A stretch of 64,000 nt of DNA from Phoronis australis (taxonomy: Eukaryota > Animalia > Phoronida), in NCBI GenBank assembly GCA_002633005.1, contig NMRA01000595.1:173367-237366 (forward strand), in the 5' to 3' direction. Numbering within the stretch: the stretch's first letter is position 1; each line of letters begins with the position of its first letter. Under the pieces are notes generated by a model. That model saw only the letters and a program-made list of their open reading frames with translations, had not been told where the DNA came from and searched no databases. A program made the translations under genes and the position numbers. This document shows, one piece after another, positions 1-13,129 of this stretch.

Positions 1-1092
1 TCTCCGTTTTAACGTTGATCATCGTCAATACACCTCCAAAAATTGCACATCGTCTTTGCGCAAACTACATTGAGATTTAAGTCTCCCGAAAAAAGTTGAC
101 GATCGGATAGTGTTTAAAAGTCTAATTCTAAATTACTCCAGTTAGTGCACAAATGAAGTAAAAGAAAGTAGTTCTGCTTGTCGCGTCAGCTGTTGGTATC
201 ATTATCTCGATTTATGACCCACAACGCGTGACTGGACAAAGCCTTTTCAAATTAGCCGGTGGAGCGTGAGACCCCTGAGGTCCCAATCGAGTCCTCACGA
301 CAACTTCGCGTTATGCACGTATTTTTAGGGTTTGTTCGTAAAGATTTTAATTTTCTGTTGATATCAAAGCATTTTCTTTTAGATTCAAATTTCAAAAAAT
401 AATCTGACAACTGCTCGCTACTCGTCGATTTTTCCACAAGGAAACGCACGTCTCCTTATTTGGAATGCCAAGATATAGACGTAGCACATTTCCCTTATAT
501 GGAAACTGTGACCTTTGACTTCAAGCAGCTGACTGAATGCATGCTCGAATTTGTCATAAGTTGGAGAGATATTAGAAACTCCGTGATAACCACTGAGTGT
601 TTCTTTCGTACATGTACGTATTCAATAAATATGAATTTTGTGATTTTTCTGGAAATGTTCTCACAGGAGGAAGATTGGATTACTATGTAATAGACGCTGC
701 GAGATGGTACTTTCGTCAGGAATTGTTTAAAAGACATTTTTGATGAGATTTTTTGTTCCACGCTTCTTCAAGGTGAATAAAGTGTATTAGGACTACTACA
801 ACTACTACGTGTACTACTAGATCCACAATTATCTTCTCAGCCAGGACTATGATAAGCCCCATGTTAACTGAAGGTGTGTTTACTTACACAGTTAAAATGG
901 GGCAGTTGCTCACTAAGGACAGGTTTCTCAAAGAAGTGGTCACGCAGACCTTGGATGACAAAGTCAGGCCTACGTATGTGAGTGGTGTCCATGATTTATT
1001 GTACAACCATCGGTAAAATTGTAAGCCACTATGTTGAAGATATTTGACAAGTTGCTCAAATCATCTACATGTTTAGGATAGTTGAGTTCGCA

Positions 1093-1248
1093 CAGTGCTG
1101 TAGAGGTAAAATTAGAGGTAAGTAGGCGCCCAAGGCCCACCGTATCGCCTTGAACACTGAACGTAACTTACGGTGCGTAGGCGCTACGTCCAACTGCCAA
1201 AAGGTGGTTGGCTGCGCGTACGTGCGCCTACGCCCCACTACAGCACTG
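1093..1248. mobile_element. hAT-type MITE
   Basis: TIRs CAGTGCTGTAG / CTACAGCACTG. Exact 8-bp TSD AGTTCGCA at 1085-1092 and 1249-1256. Confidence 0.85.
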
Positions 1249-4200
1249 AGTTCGCAGCTTTGTATTTCAGGCAACACGAGTCTTGAAGAGCAGTTGTACA
1301 GAAAAAATACTCTGCATTTATTATATTTATAGTTTTCACCCTTGTGTCTGAATAAGACTTGTTGAGTGCCATTAATCAATCATATTTTATTACAATAAGG
1401 ACAACTATCTTGAAGTAAGCTATGCCTCCTAATCTGTATGCCAGGCAAGAAACATGAAAGAATGAAATGATTGGTCGGTGAGGTAGGAGTGTTGAATTGT
1501 GGGATTAAAATCAGTATTTCGGGCTCTGAAATAAAGATTTTCATTGCGAGTGCAAACTATTGTCGTGTGGTCTACGGAACTCAACCCTATACTTCAGCAA
1601 TAAACAATGAAGTTCTTTTCAAAACTTTAAATCATTTCTATCTCGAGACAATAACAACATGCACGAGACCGACTTCATAATAACGATAGCCGAAACCAAA
1701 AGTTGTTTTTGACACAAGGCAATGGAAAACTCGACCCAGAGACGACATCTGCCACTTATTAGTACGAAAGTACTACAGTGCCACTTCAGTCATGGTCCCA
1801 ATAACAGCAAAAAATCATGGTCTAAAAACAAGCACACATCAACGGCACAAATTGAAGAAGTAAAATGCTGCAACACAGGGATAATGAGTTTGTTTTACGA
1901 AATTGTCAGTCTGCTTATTAGTCTCCTGCCTAAACTTGACACAAGTCTTTCGCTTGACAATCACACACTTCACACAAAAGCTGAGTGGACGGCGTTCAAC
2001 TCTTCATGTAGTATATTGTTAATTCCCATTAGTGCTGTCAACATCTTCACTCATCTCTGTGTTTTCTGTAAAAATAGAAAAGCAATCTTTTTGTTTAGTC
2101 TGAAATCTAAACAATACAGTTCGTCTAATATATTGAGGAGCGGCTATACTCAGAAGTTGTCATTAAAGACCCATATTTGAGTGTTAAAGAATATAAATTA
2201 AAAGCCAAGAGCACTAAAGAAACGGAAATGCCTGGATATGTTTTTGAAATGGGTTTGTAACTTTTCATACGGACAAAATGGTCAACATGTTTCACGTGTG
2301 GAAATATTATTTTTTACGAAACTTGAAGAAACAAAAAAGTACGTCCAAAATAAACTGCAATAACAAATATGCTGTAAGATATCTGAAATGTATAGGCACA
2401 GTTGTCCATCACTAATAAACTAACATCACAGACATCTCTAGCCCTGGAATGCCAATTCCCGCACATGACCAAGGTATTATATTACTAGAGCCGCTTGAGT
2501 ACATGTATGCCTGCTCGACTGAATTTTGATCGAGAGTTGTAGTTATCAGAACAATCCTAACTTTATTGTTTCATTTTAAAGTTTGTTATTTTGTTCATCA
2601 AGCGAGACAACCAGTGATTTCCTGGCAAAATTAGCAAACAAACCCGACGATTACATCGGTCATCCTTTATAAGCACCGATCTTAGGCGTGGGCTGGATGC
2701 TGACATCTTTTCAGCTACAGTCTCAAAACCACTTGTGATAACCTATCAAATCACATGTGTTTTTCAACGAGACATTCAAAGTATTTTTAAAAAATCGTAT
2801 TGCTTTATTTTACATAAGTGTCACTTGCTTTCCAAGTGTTTGCTCTGCAATTGTATATTAATGAAAACTTTAGGTCCTACTAACAGGTGTGTTCATTTTC
2901 GAAGAATACTGGTACTTATGTAGTAAAAAGTGTGACAGTGCGTTTGCGTGTGGGAGTGCGCATGTGTATAATAAATCTGTTTTCAATTGCTTCTATCATA
3001 ATTCATTTGTGCAATGTTTACAGGTTGCCAAGATACTTTTTGTTAATTTAATTTCTGAGCAGTGAATGCTATCTGTAGTATAACCTCTAACTATGAGATG
3101 AAATTTAAAAAATGAAAACATTGTTTTGTAAAAGAATGCAATCCAATACCGTGTGTTGTTAACAGAGTCTAATTGCTAATAGACCCGGCTCTTCGAGGAC
3201 TATCGCACTTTTTGATTTTTTACGCCAACCCTGACCGCCAGACCATCAAAATATCCCGCTTTCGACACCCGGCGAAAGTGACATATTATCATGTAGTATT
3301 GTAATTTACCTCGCGGTATAGCCGCATTTTCCCGTTCGACTAAAACGAAAAAGCAGCAAGTTTCATAGGTTTTTGAGGCACTCGCAATTTCCAATTCGAC
3401 TTAAAAAAACGAAGAAACGCCATGGGGCGCTTTTGAGTTGTACGTGTCCCGATCAAAGAAAAACTCTGCTTGGACGTTTGTTGTGTGTTGCGGCGATCAG
3501 TTCACCGTTATGTTTTGGATTATACCCAGATGTCTCGCTTTTTATCCTGAAGTCCCGCTTTCAATCCAGTTGTCCCGTTTTTTCATTACCGGACATTGGC
3601 AAAATACGCGTTAGGTGTTCAGATCCCATCTTCTTGGGAAACTTAACAACTGTAAAAACGTTTCCAGTGTGTTTTGTTTACCTTAACACACATTGCATGT
3701 GTCACAATCGCAAATTTTTATTTTCTGAAGAAATGAGTTTACTTATAAGCTACATGTACCATGGAAACAAATGCCACGCATGCGCGACCCAAAATCAACA
3801 GCCGCGAGATTCACGTGGACAATCCAAGGCTAGAATTCCATGCCAAAGCAAAAGACATTGGTATAACACGAAGCTGGTCGAAACAACATAAAACTCATTC
3901 CGTCAACGCAATAATGTCAGTTTGTGAGGCTCAACTAAGTTCTTTATGAAATCTTTGGGGAGAGAAATAAAACAGTAACTACATCTATCTCTGCATCGCA
4001 TCTTTGATGTTTTCCACAGAAGTTGGAACCCCTTTGTAAAACAGATATCCCAGAGTCGAAAATGGACTCAAGCGCCTTCAAAACAACTAACCATTACGAA
4101 AAACACCAACCCTGACCCTTAACAAAGGAATCCCGGGATCGCACAGGACACCAGGTGCACGAAACACCACTCTCAGTGCTTAAGTAACTTTAAAGTACAT

Positions 4201-5277
4201 TGTGTTCATAGGACATGTATCAATTTCACATTTTCATGAAAAAATAAATCTTCCTACATTAAATAGTTGTTGTGACATGTTGTTTTACTACATGTATACG
4301 GGAATTTTAGACAACTTATGAAAGATTTCGTTTTATCATTGTTCTGCTGTTAAAGTTGCGAAGGGATATTTTGCGTGGGCTTTCGGCGACATGAAATATT
4401 CCATCATCTACGGGTCTGTTTTTCATCCACGAGGTTGCGTAAATGTCACATCAAATTAACTGGTTTGATTTCGTTACAAGTTTTTGGTATTTAAATAACA
4501 GCAAACCGAATTTCAGAACAATTTTTGGAGCAGTGGTCCGCCAAAAAGAGTGTGAATTTTTAAGTTCAGAAATTCGGCTTCCAAATTCCGTTTTAATGAT
4601 CGGTGAGGAGCTGAAGGACATGTACACTTTTTGAGGGAAGAGGTGTGGAATTAATGACGGCTCAGGACTTTTGGATGAATAATTCCCTATTTCAAAGTCC
4701 GATAATTGATTGTGCCGGAAACTCGACAAGTAAACCTGCGAACCTTAAAATGCGGCCAGTTGTAAAAATATTTAAAGAATAATGGTAATCGAAAGTCGAA
4801 ATAATATTTCAAATTTGAAAACAGTTTTGGAGAAACCATTGAATAATCTGAAAGTATATTCACCAAGATAACGTGCTTAGCGCATACGTATGTTGCAGAC
4901 AAGCCGCACGAGTTTTACCGATAAAAATCACATTAAAAAGTCGATATAACATAAGTTACGTTTTATCATTGACAGTTTTCAGCAAACAAATGCAGAAAAG
5001 AACTGAAAGATGCTTTAACTCAAAATTTGAGGCTCCTGACGTCGTCTCAGAATATTTGAAAAAACGCCCGGGTTTCCTGTGCGATACCCTGAGTTCTTGT
5101 TTTAAAAGTCCGGGTTTTTGTTTTTCGGGTTGGTTAGCTGTTTTGAAGATGTGGGGTCTGTTTTCTACTCCGGTACATCTGCTTTGCACTGGGATTCAAA
5201 TTTGAAAGGAACTCACCGGCTGATATTATTTACATCGAGAAATGTTGTGCTTGCAAGTTTCTGTTCAACACACTGTA

Positions 5278-5667
5278 TCAACAGGAAAATTTGCTATCAA
5301 TGGGCGAACAAAGGTTCAGCAGCTTACCGTTGCGTGGTCGACCATCAGGGAATATTTCATCACAAAGTGAGCGATCCTTAGTGCTCAACCAGTCATATAA
5401 AACTTCAATTCGCAGACCCTGTCCCCAAGTGAGTTTTTCGACAGCTCCCGAAGAAGAGGGACCTACGTTTGCACAAGAATGTGATGTAGAGTTGATGCGC
5501 GGAAAATATGACGTGTGAATAGCGACAAGTGCTGCCTTGTGGTCTTGAGAGCAAACAAACACCGGACTCCCAGACGAACCGTGACCAAATTCGGTGTTGA
5601 TATTATACACAACACGGCGAGGATCGGTCATTTGCGTTTTGCCAGGATAAGTTTTGAGGCTGGATAA
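5278..5667 (-). CDS. Last coding exon of the ankyrin-FAM111-like protease gene; catalytic Ser region
   Basis: Acceptor ttttcag, phase 0. Encodes LSSLKTYPGK...VVYNINTEFGHGSSGSPVFV...ALVAIHT...KFSC-stop. GSSGSPV is the trypsin-fold nucleophile motif and resembles FAM111A ITYDTEFFFGASGSPVF (recalled, not searched). Confidence 0.88.
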   Translation of the reverse strand, partial: LSSLKTYPGKTQMTDPRRVVYNINTEFGHGSSGSPVFVCSQDHKAALVAIHTSYFPRINSTSHSCANVGPSSSGAVEKLTWGQGLRIEVLYDWLSTKDRSLCDEIFPDGRPRNGKLLNLCSPIDSKFSC

Positions 5668-5775
5668 CTGAAAATAGGAGAGCAACGTCAGTTTTGACTG
5701 CCTTTAACCAGCACATTAGCCCACATATGATGCAAACGATATACGTTTCACAAATTTTCATCGGAGCGTAGTAAA

Positions 5776-5944
5776 TACCGTATTGATGCGCTATTAGGCT
5801 CGCGGGCCTTTATCCAAGACAATACCTTTTTCGCAGCCTGCTTTTTACCCGAGTGGTTCACGTTCTGGTGCATGTGCCTACGTTTCGCATATAAGAGCAG
5901 TTCCTCATAGGTGCCTATGGGCCTTTTGGCGCCACAATACGGTA
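5776..5944. mobile_element. pogo/Tc1-mariner-type MITE
   Basis: Ends TACCGTATTG ... CAATACGGTA (TA TSD plus short TIR), with further imperfect inverted symmetry inside. Confidence 0.6.
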
Positions 5945-6363
5945 ATAACTTTGGTCATACACTGATAAGATTGTTATAAACTGATATGGTTATGACTGTT
6001 CTGCATACCAATGTCATTAGTATGCAACTGCGACGAAAATATTCTCTCGTCAACCAGAAACAGTGAATTATACCTCAGCACAATACCAATCACTGACTTC
6101 AGAGGCCGCCTTTTTACTAGGATGCACAAGTCCCGAGGATCCCAGCAAAACATTGGTCTTTCATTCGCATGATTTTACGTGGTGAGCTTACTTATCGGGC
6201 ATTAGTCAAACTTAACGCCGGCCCACATTTCCGCTCGCACCTCAATACATTCACAATGCATTACATTAAACACGTGCAGTTGTTAATTACCAATGCACGT
6301 GCCATTTATTCTGTTGATGTGGCTATAATGAGGGGATTCCCAGATATAATCGCACGTGCTTAC

Positions 6364-6680
6364 CGTGGCTCGTACTTCCTTCTGAGACACCACTTTCCGC
6401 TTGATTTCAGCCACTTTAAACTCACCCCCGGGATGACCTACAAGATGCACTGTCGTTTGGATATCACCGAGGGCGCAAAACCGTGTGATCCCGTCAGGCA
6501 GCTTCTGTCTTTTGGACGCCTTCGCAATACTTGTTTCATCCAATTCCAGAAGTGCCACATCGAGGACTTCGTCAAATAAAAGTACTTTGCAGAAAAGCTG
6601 GATCTGGAGACACTTGGCATTTGGATGGTCAAAGTAAAACGTAGCATTCAATTTCAGTATTTGTCCGCCAGGTTTTTCCG
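6364..6680 (-). CDS. Protease exon carrying the catalytic Asp
   Basis: Acceptor cttcag (phase 1), donor ACG|gtaagc (phase 0), frame-compatible with both neighbours. Encodes LNATFYFD...DEVLDVALLEL...VHLVGHPGGEFK, like FAM111 ELDYAVLKL and IIGHPYGEKK. Confidence 0.85.
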
Positions 6681-9051
6681 CTGAAGATAAAAAGAAAGAA
6701 TGTTGACATTCACAAGATCTTTGCTGTGTGCAACGTCGATTAAGATAAACAATATACTACAAAAAAGGTTTTCGAAACAATTTGACGAAATGTGGAATGT
6801 CCGACCTTCGCAATAGTTCAAAAACATACTTGGATTATAACGTCATCATCCTCTGTTCTGTAACCCATATTAACAAAGTTGAATCAGTCATGTAAATAAA
6901 CACTGTGGATGGTTTTCATCCCCCGAGATTTCGTCATTGGCATTTTTCGCAGGGTGCTCAAGTTTTCCGAATGACTGCTATGTTTTTAGGGTAGAAATAT
7001 GTTGCTGAAGTTCCAAACCTGTGGCGTTATTTATATTGTACCTGAGCAAAACTGAAAAACTAGGCCCGCGTTTAAACCAGGACCCGCTTAGGATTAGTTT
7101 GTGCGGCAATTTCTCTGCGCTCCGCGTTTCTATAAAACTGGGTCTACCCGTAGTAAACTACGGTATTCATAAAATATCAGGTTCAGTAATGAGTTTTCGC
7201 AAGGTTGTCTTTACTGGCAGAACCAGTCCAATATTTCAGAAGGGCCAATTTTAGGAACCCTTTCGCAACATAAGTAGTAGGATTGGTACATTATTTAGAT
7301 GTGGCATAGGATTTCCTAAACTGGTTGAAGAATTTCATTTTGTTTTACAATTTTCATTTGAAAAGCATAGTTTTGGAAATATTAGGACTTAAGGGGAAAA
7401 TTCAAATATCATTTGCCCGGAATACAAAAAATTAAAATGGTCCAGAGATTTTCTGCGGCATGCAGTCGAACTTTAAGATGCTACGTCTCGTTAAGTTGTG
7501 AATATGCAAATGAAGTACTAGTTTACAAACAAACCGGAATCCTGCGGTGTGCAGAAAACCATCCAAGAACCAGTTACAATTACAATCTCGCGAAAGTGTC
7601 GTTTTGAGAGACTATTTTTATGTAAATGAGTGTGGTAATGTTTCATGGATACCCTATTGAAACAAGCCACAGTTTTTATTCGTTCATTTCACTACCAAAA
7701 ACGATTACGTAATATTTGGAATTACTTGGATTTTTATATGAATTTGTTCCCACTTGTTTTTTAAACAAGTGGGAACATGTGGTAGACTTTAAAAGTGTAT
7801 CACTTGTGTTTTTCTATAAAACCGCAATTCATTGACTAATTGTTTCTTTCTTCATTATACTTGAACACATAGTTCTACAGGAAGACACTAGGTGTCTCTT
7901 GCTACAAATTTAATTATTCACGGTTTTAATGAGACAAAGCACCCTAACTTACGTTAAAAATGAAAGGCTCCGTGGAGTATGTACAATTACTGTTGAAGTG
8001 CGATATAGATTTTGATTAGGCCTGATGTTTATTTCTGGAGTATTAATATGAGCCTTTAACTAAGAAGTTACTGTTATGAGCGTTTCAGCACAGAAGTGAG
8101 CTCGGCAAAATAGCGGATCCATGTACTTGCCGGATATAAAACTGGCTCTTTTTGTAGGTGTCGCTAGTGAATATGTTGACGTCACGGCTTATGCGTCCGT
8201 AACATCACAGATTACGTCCATTGATTACATGGAGTTGGCAGTGTTCAAGTGCATATTGGATTATGTGGAAGAGGTATCCGAAATTCAACCTCATTTTCAC
8301 TGTCGTTGGATGTGATAAAAACGGTAGTAAAGACTCAACAAAGATGCGAAAAACACAATATGGACATGTGTTCACTCAGGCACAAGATAGGAAAAAGCAG
8401 ACACTCTTTCTGGTACGCAGAATCGCGTCCACACTTCTCATTGGACGTTGCCTTCATATTTATATGGGAGATAACAATAAAGTTCATAATATCACAAGTG
8501 TTGAATGCTTAGCCATGCCTTCCAAGTGTCGACATCATCAGTGTGGGGGGTTACATGCTTTTGGATGGTCACGTAGTCTCCTAGCATGAAATTTTTCTGC
8601 CGTGAAATAGTCCTGAAACATTAATTTAATTTTGGTGACGTGAAAAATTTTGTTCCCGGGTTTTTTTTTGGTGTTTTTAATTCTTGAGTAAGTACAATTT
8701 CTGGATTTGAGTTCTTTTTTGCGGTTCCTGAGAAGTAAAAATAATGTTTTCGACTGTTTTTAATTCTTGTATAGAAAATCTATGTCTTGGAATTGTTCCA
8801 CTCTGGCTATCAGTATAAATGAATTTAAGACAGAGAGATCTCTTCTAGTATCAATGAAATCTCCTCATTCACAGTACACTGTTGTAAAATAAAGTTTCTG
8901 TAAAAAATGCAGCATACGTCAGTTGTTGTTAATTTGCTGTTTTCCTTTCATATACTTGTGGCCCTCAGATGGGGGATCAATACTTAGCTGATTTCCTGTC
9001 TTTAAAATAAAGATAAATTGATTCAAAAACAATAATTCAGGACTCCCTTAA

Positions 9052-10695
9052 AGGAGAATGCCACCCGATTTAATTAGTCTTTTTGCCGTCTTAATCGGTC
9101 TATATCCACATCGCCTCGCGTGCGGTCGACCTTACCTTGCCAATAGGTGTCGCGTTAACCTGTGAGGAAGGTGAAAAACGACGATAGCGACGTCAGTGGT
9201 TCATATGCAGAATAAATTCCGCTATGTTGCGGTGCATTGTTCCCGCTTGTCCGAGCTAAGCAGCTGCGAGGAAAGCGGGTATATCGTTTTTTTACTTTCT
9301 CGAGAGTCCGAAATGCTTAAGAAGTGGCTCATGGTAGTGAAAAATGTAATGTACGCTGTAAATAGCAAGTATGAGGCCGTGAAACATCTCCGTGTCTGTG
9401 GCCTGCAGACGTCGACAGTGCCTGACGAATGCCGGTTTACCAAATAACTCCATACTTTCCGTTGTCTGAGCTTGTTCACGGCGCCTCTCTAGTATTTCTT
9501 CATCACTGTATTCCTGTTCGAAGTGATAGCCTGTACAACTTTACGATCCTCCTGCGAAGTCGGGACTGATGAGCTCTAGCTCGTCCTAAGTCGGGATTGC
9601 GAGTTGCCATGTTGGCGTTTATTACTGAGCGTTCTGTTTCAAAATGAATTATTCTCACCCTAACCAATACTTATATAAAACTGAAATTAAGTCAGTCTCA
9701 TTAGATGCAATTTGTAATGCCTTTGGAGTGTCCGTGAGTGCAAATGATTTGAGAAGCCAGCAATGAATAAATCACTGCGTTACCGGCTTCGGGTGCAATA
9801 AAACTAATTGACGGGACACCTAGGCCGTGTGAGCTCATGCTAATTTAGTGTTTGCTGGCAGAAACTGTTGTGAAACAACTCGATTTCCATCCCACGGTGT
9901 TAGGGAAATGTTTATTTACATTTACATTACTCATGTAATTATTGCCAATGTACAACTTCTGGCCTGACGGCCGGGTGTGGCCCAAAGCGGAACCTGAATT
10001 CGCGGCCCCCGACTCGAGTAAGTAGATTTGCAGTTTCGTGGCTAATTCACCAACATAATCAGGTGCACTTTACTTTGGCTCACTAGTATAGTATTTTCTT
10101 GACTGGAAGTTTAGTTTCCACAGAACTTTGGCTGGTTTATGTTCGTGATGTCTGATCAGCCGGCCGCGACGAGCCTGATCGGGCTCCGAGCCACTGGCCA
10201 GGATAACAAGCGTTTTGTGTTTAGAACTCAAAAAATCACAAGTCTAAACAACACAGACCTAGGTTCTCCTGTCTGTATCTCATGGAAAATACTTCGAAAT
10301 TATCTCCGAACAGACCCCATGCCAAACTCCTGCTACGGACCTTATTGGTCTGCCGAACTTTGTAGGCTACGGTGTGTCCAAATACCACTAAATCCGTAAG
10401 AGCGAAATAAAACAACACGTTTTTATAAGAACTTGGTGTAGTTTTAAGGGTTTTACATCGAAGTTTGATGATTTATTGGTGTTAAACGATGACTTCAAGC
10501 GATAAGCTGACACCAGTAACCCGTGTTGTGAACTGCTGAACACACAGCGTGTGAAACCGATGAAGTCATTGGATAATTTCAACACCTCCGTCTGCCGTCA
10601 GGTGTCAGGTAACGAAACCTTACGTGTCGTTATGGAGTAGAGGTACTCGACCTAAATTGATACAAATTAGGTTGTTTTTTGGGTGGCATGCTCCT
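9052..10695 (+). mobile_element. Degenerate non-autonomous Kolobok DNA transposon
   Basis: TTAA on both sides (9048-9051, 10696-10699), AG...CT termini, TIR AGGAGAATGCCACCC vs GGGTGGCATGCTCCT. Broken THAP remnant at ~9224-9405 (MLRCIVPAC...ISFFYF / frameshift / MLKKWL...LRVCGL). Confidence 0.75.
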
Positions 10696-10800
10696 TTAAG
10701 CCAACTTAAGGTGTCCCTTGTTAAAATAACATTCTGACATTCGATGACATATTAAAGGACACCAATGAAATAAAAAGAAGCATAAACGGTTTATGTTTAC

Positions 10801-10983
10801 CAGCTACTTCTCCTTTAATGACGTGATAGTTGGTTAACAAATACTTGGGCTTTCCTTTTCCAACCAAGAAGCTAGACGCGGTCCAATTCCCGCACGAAAT
10901 GTTGACAACAGCCGCTGATGAATTGACCACTGATTCGTGAAACGCGATTGAAGTTTTTTTCTCATCAAGTTGTTGACCTTGAC
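10801..10983 (-). CDS. Protease exon carrying the catalytic His
   Basis: Encodes GQQLDEKKTSIAFHESVVNSSAAVVNISCGNWTASSFLVGKGKPKYLLTNYHVIKGEVA, with the LTNxHV motif. Donor G|gtaaac, phase 1. The acceptor ttgcaag is weaker, so the 5' edge is uncertain. Confidence 0.78.
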
Positions 10984-11999
10984 CTTGCAACAAAACGTGC
11001 ATAACTTGACATTTTGCATTGAAAACATCATATTTAAAAAAACATCATCAGCGGTAATAGCAAAACATCGATCGAATGAAAATCAAGAAAGTATCAGATT
11101 GAAACGAAGTAAAACACGTACAAGGGTGAAAGTTTGTCTGAGGCCAGAGTCGTTGTCTCATCGACCACTGAGAAGACCAATGGATCTTTGGATTCAAGAA
11201 TGAGTAGGAATTCTTTTGCTTATAACACATACCGTTCAGAAGCCATCCTCCTATCAGATCAGTGGACGTCGCATTAGCTAACTGAGAAAATTTTCACACT
11301 GTATGTTCGTTAGACTCCTGATCTACTTTAATACTTATCTCCCGCCCCCAATATCAGATACCAGGGCTTCATCCTTTCCATAAAATATTACATTCAATTG
11401 TAGTAATTTCTGTTCGCTCATGGTTATTGCACGTGATTGGGCAGAAATCCACCATATTGTGCATTATTATGCTGATTACTCATAACATGGCTGTAAATGG
11501 TTGTTCCGTCTCAAGTGAAATTTAAGTAGTCAAAATAGGTGAGAAATACAACATAACGTGACGACGTGAACGTGAAATGCAAGGCACCTACATTTCCGTG
11601 CCCGCGCTATTCCTTTTGTTACCATCATTTCGCTGTCCCGGACCATTTTTTTGCGTCTTGCAGACATATTTTCTGTGCTTGCAGACTAACCAACAATGTT
11701 CCCACACAATATTTCGTGCCCGAGAAAGGTGTTTTATGCCCTCTCTTGCCGTGTGATTCTCTCGGACCCCTTTGCATAATCGGACAAGACATGTCAACGC
11801 AAAAGTCAATCGTGAAAAGTCACGTAAGGACACTCGTCCAATTATCGACTATTCGTTTCAAACAGAATTACTTTTAACTACTGTCTTTAAGCTTTAAATG
11901 AAAAGAGAAAAACTGGTTCCCAGAAAAATTTAAATCAGCCATATAATACTTTGAACCAATGTCACAATTTTCCCACAGTAAGGTTAAAACTGATATTAC

Positions 12000-12168
12000 C
12001 AACTGGTCTCATGTTCCATTCGAGAACAGGGTCCTCATTTCTTAGTTCTCGTGACAATGTAACAGAAACTTTCATCAAGTCAGATCCTGGTGAGTGTACG
12101 CGTGCCGCTTTGTCCAAGATAGAGGCTACCTCCGCATCTACCTCTCGCTTTTCTTCTTCCCATTTGTT
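12000..12168 (-). CDS. Linker exon between ankyrin array and protease
   Basis: Acceptor attcag (phase 0), donor G|gtaata (phase 1). Encodes NKWEEEKREVDAEVASILDKAARVHSPGSDLMKVSVTLSRELRNEDPVLEWNMRPV and bridges the flanking exons in frame. Confidence 0.72.
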
Positions 12169-12385
12169 CTGAATCGTTGTTAAATAAATAAATAAACAAT
12201 ATTACGCTGAACAGATAATAAAATGACATTGCTCTTTGCATTGGCACATTCGCATACCAGGTTGTGTAGAATATATTTAGTATAATCAATGCATCTGCAA
12301 TACAAACAATTCACTTTTTGGAAAAAACAGAAAACAACACAGTGAACCCACAATAAAATAAACACAAATCCCAATTTCATCGTAC

Positions 12386-12469
12386 CTCAAGAACATTCTT
12401 AAGTTCTTTTTCACGAGCGTCATCCATGTTACACCCTTCCACAACAACGTCTATTGCTGTTCTGCCACG
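12386..12469 (-). CDS. Ankyrin C-cap exon
   Basis: 84 nt, phase 0-0, ttacag...gtacga. RGRTAIDVVVEGCNMDDAREKELKNVLE has a GRTAxD terminal-repeat signature. Confidence 0.78.
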
Positions 12470-12909
12470 CTGTAAGAGAATGTTATATATAGTGTCCTTA
12501 ATTGCTATTGAGCAGTAAGTCTCGTTTGTATAAGAGCATGTCATTTCTACACGTAACCCTGAAATTCTCAAAATGAAGAATTATTAAAAGGACGGATTCT
12601 TTGAGTCATATACATATATATACGAATATTCCAACCAAACACTAAATAGTACAGAAATGAATAATCACTAATATTTGGAAAGCCCAAGTTAACGCTAAAC
12701 TGCAAAGTCTAGTTTCAATTAGAAGAAGTTTGACATGAAAATAATTTCAAACCCACTTGCTAACTCCAACTGCTATACACTATTTAAACAAATGTAGGTA
12801 TGATCAGAGCAATATCAAAATCTTAAACAACAGAAAACAATTATAACATTCACTGACCAGTACATGTACTTACATGTATATACACAATGCATAAACTGAT
12901 TTCTATTAC

Positions 12910-13011
12910 CTTATCAATCGCTGACACCTGTGCTCCGTTGTTCAACAACAACTTCACCACATCGATGCGGCCATGCGCAGAGGCCACGTGCAGAGAGGTA
13001 GCGCCGCTTTT
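12910..13011 (-). CDS. Ankyrin repeat exon C (last full repeat)
   Basis: 102 nt, phase 0-0, ttcacag...gtaata. KSGATSLHVASAHGRIDVVKLLLNNGAQVSAIDK is close to ankyrin consensus. Confidence 0.9.
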
Positions 13012-13129
13012 CTGTGAATTAATATGACGGTCATGGTGCTTAATAATGAGTATTTCCTTGTATCTTTGTGGATCAATTTTATACTTAGTAGACTCCTTCC
13101 CATTTGTCGTTAATTGTCCTGGACACAAG

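Noticed and set aside
460-1060. Short protein-like plus-strand ORFs (also 8121-8589)
   Set aside because: Interrupted by stops, with no motif or consistent splice model.
6283-6363. Extending the Asp exon to the donor at 6290
   Set aside because: That donor is phase 1 and does not fit the phase 0 last exon. The GTAAGC donor at 6363 fits.
9566-9600. CTGATGAG followed by a small hairpin
   Set aside because: No GAAA box follows, so it is not a hammerhead.
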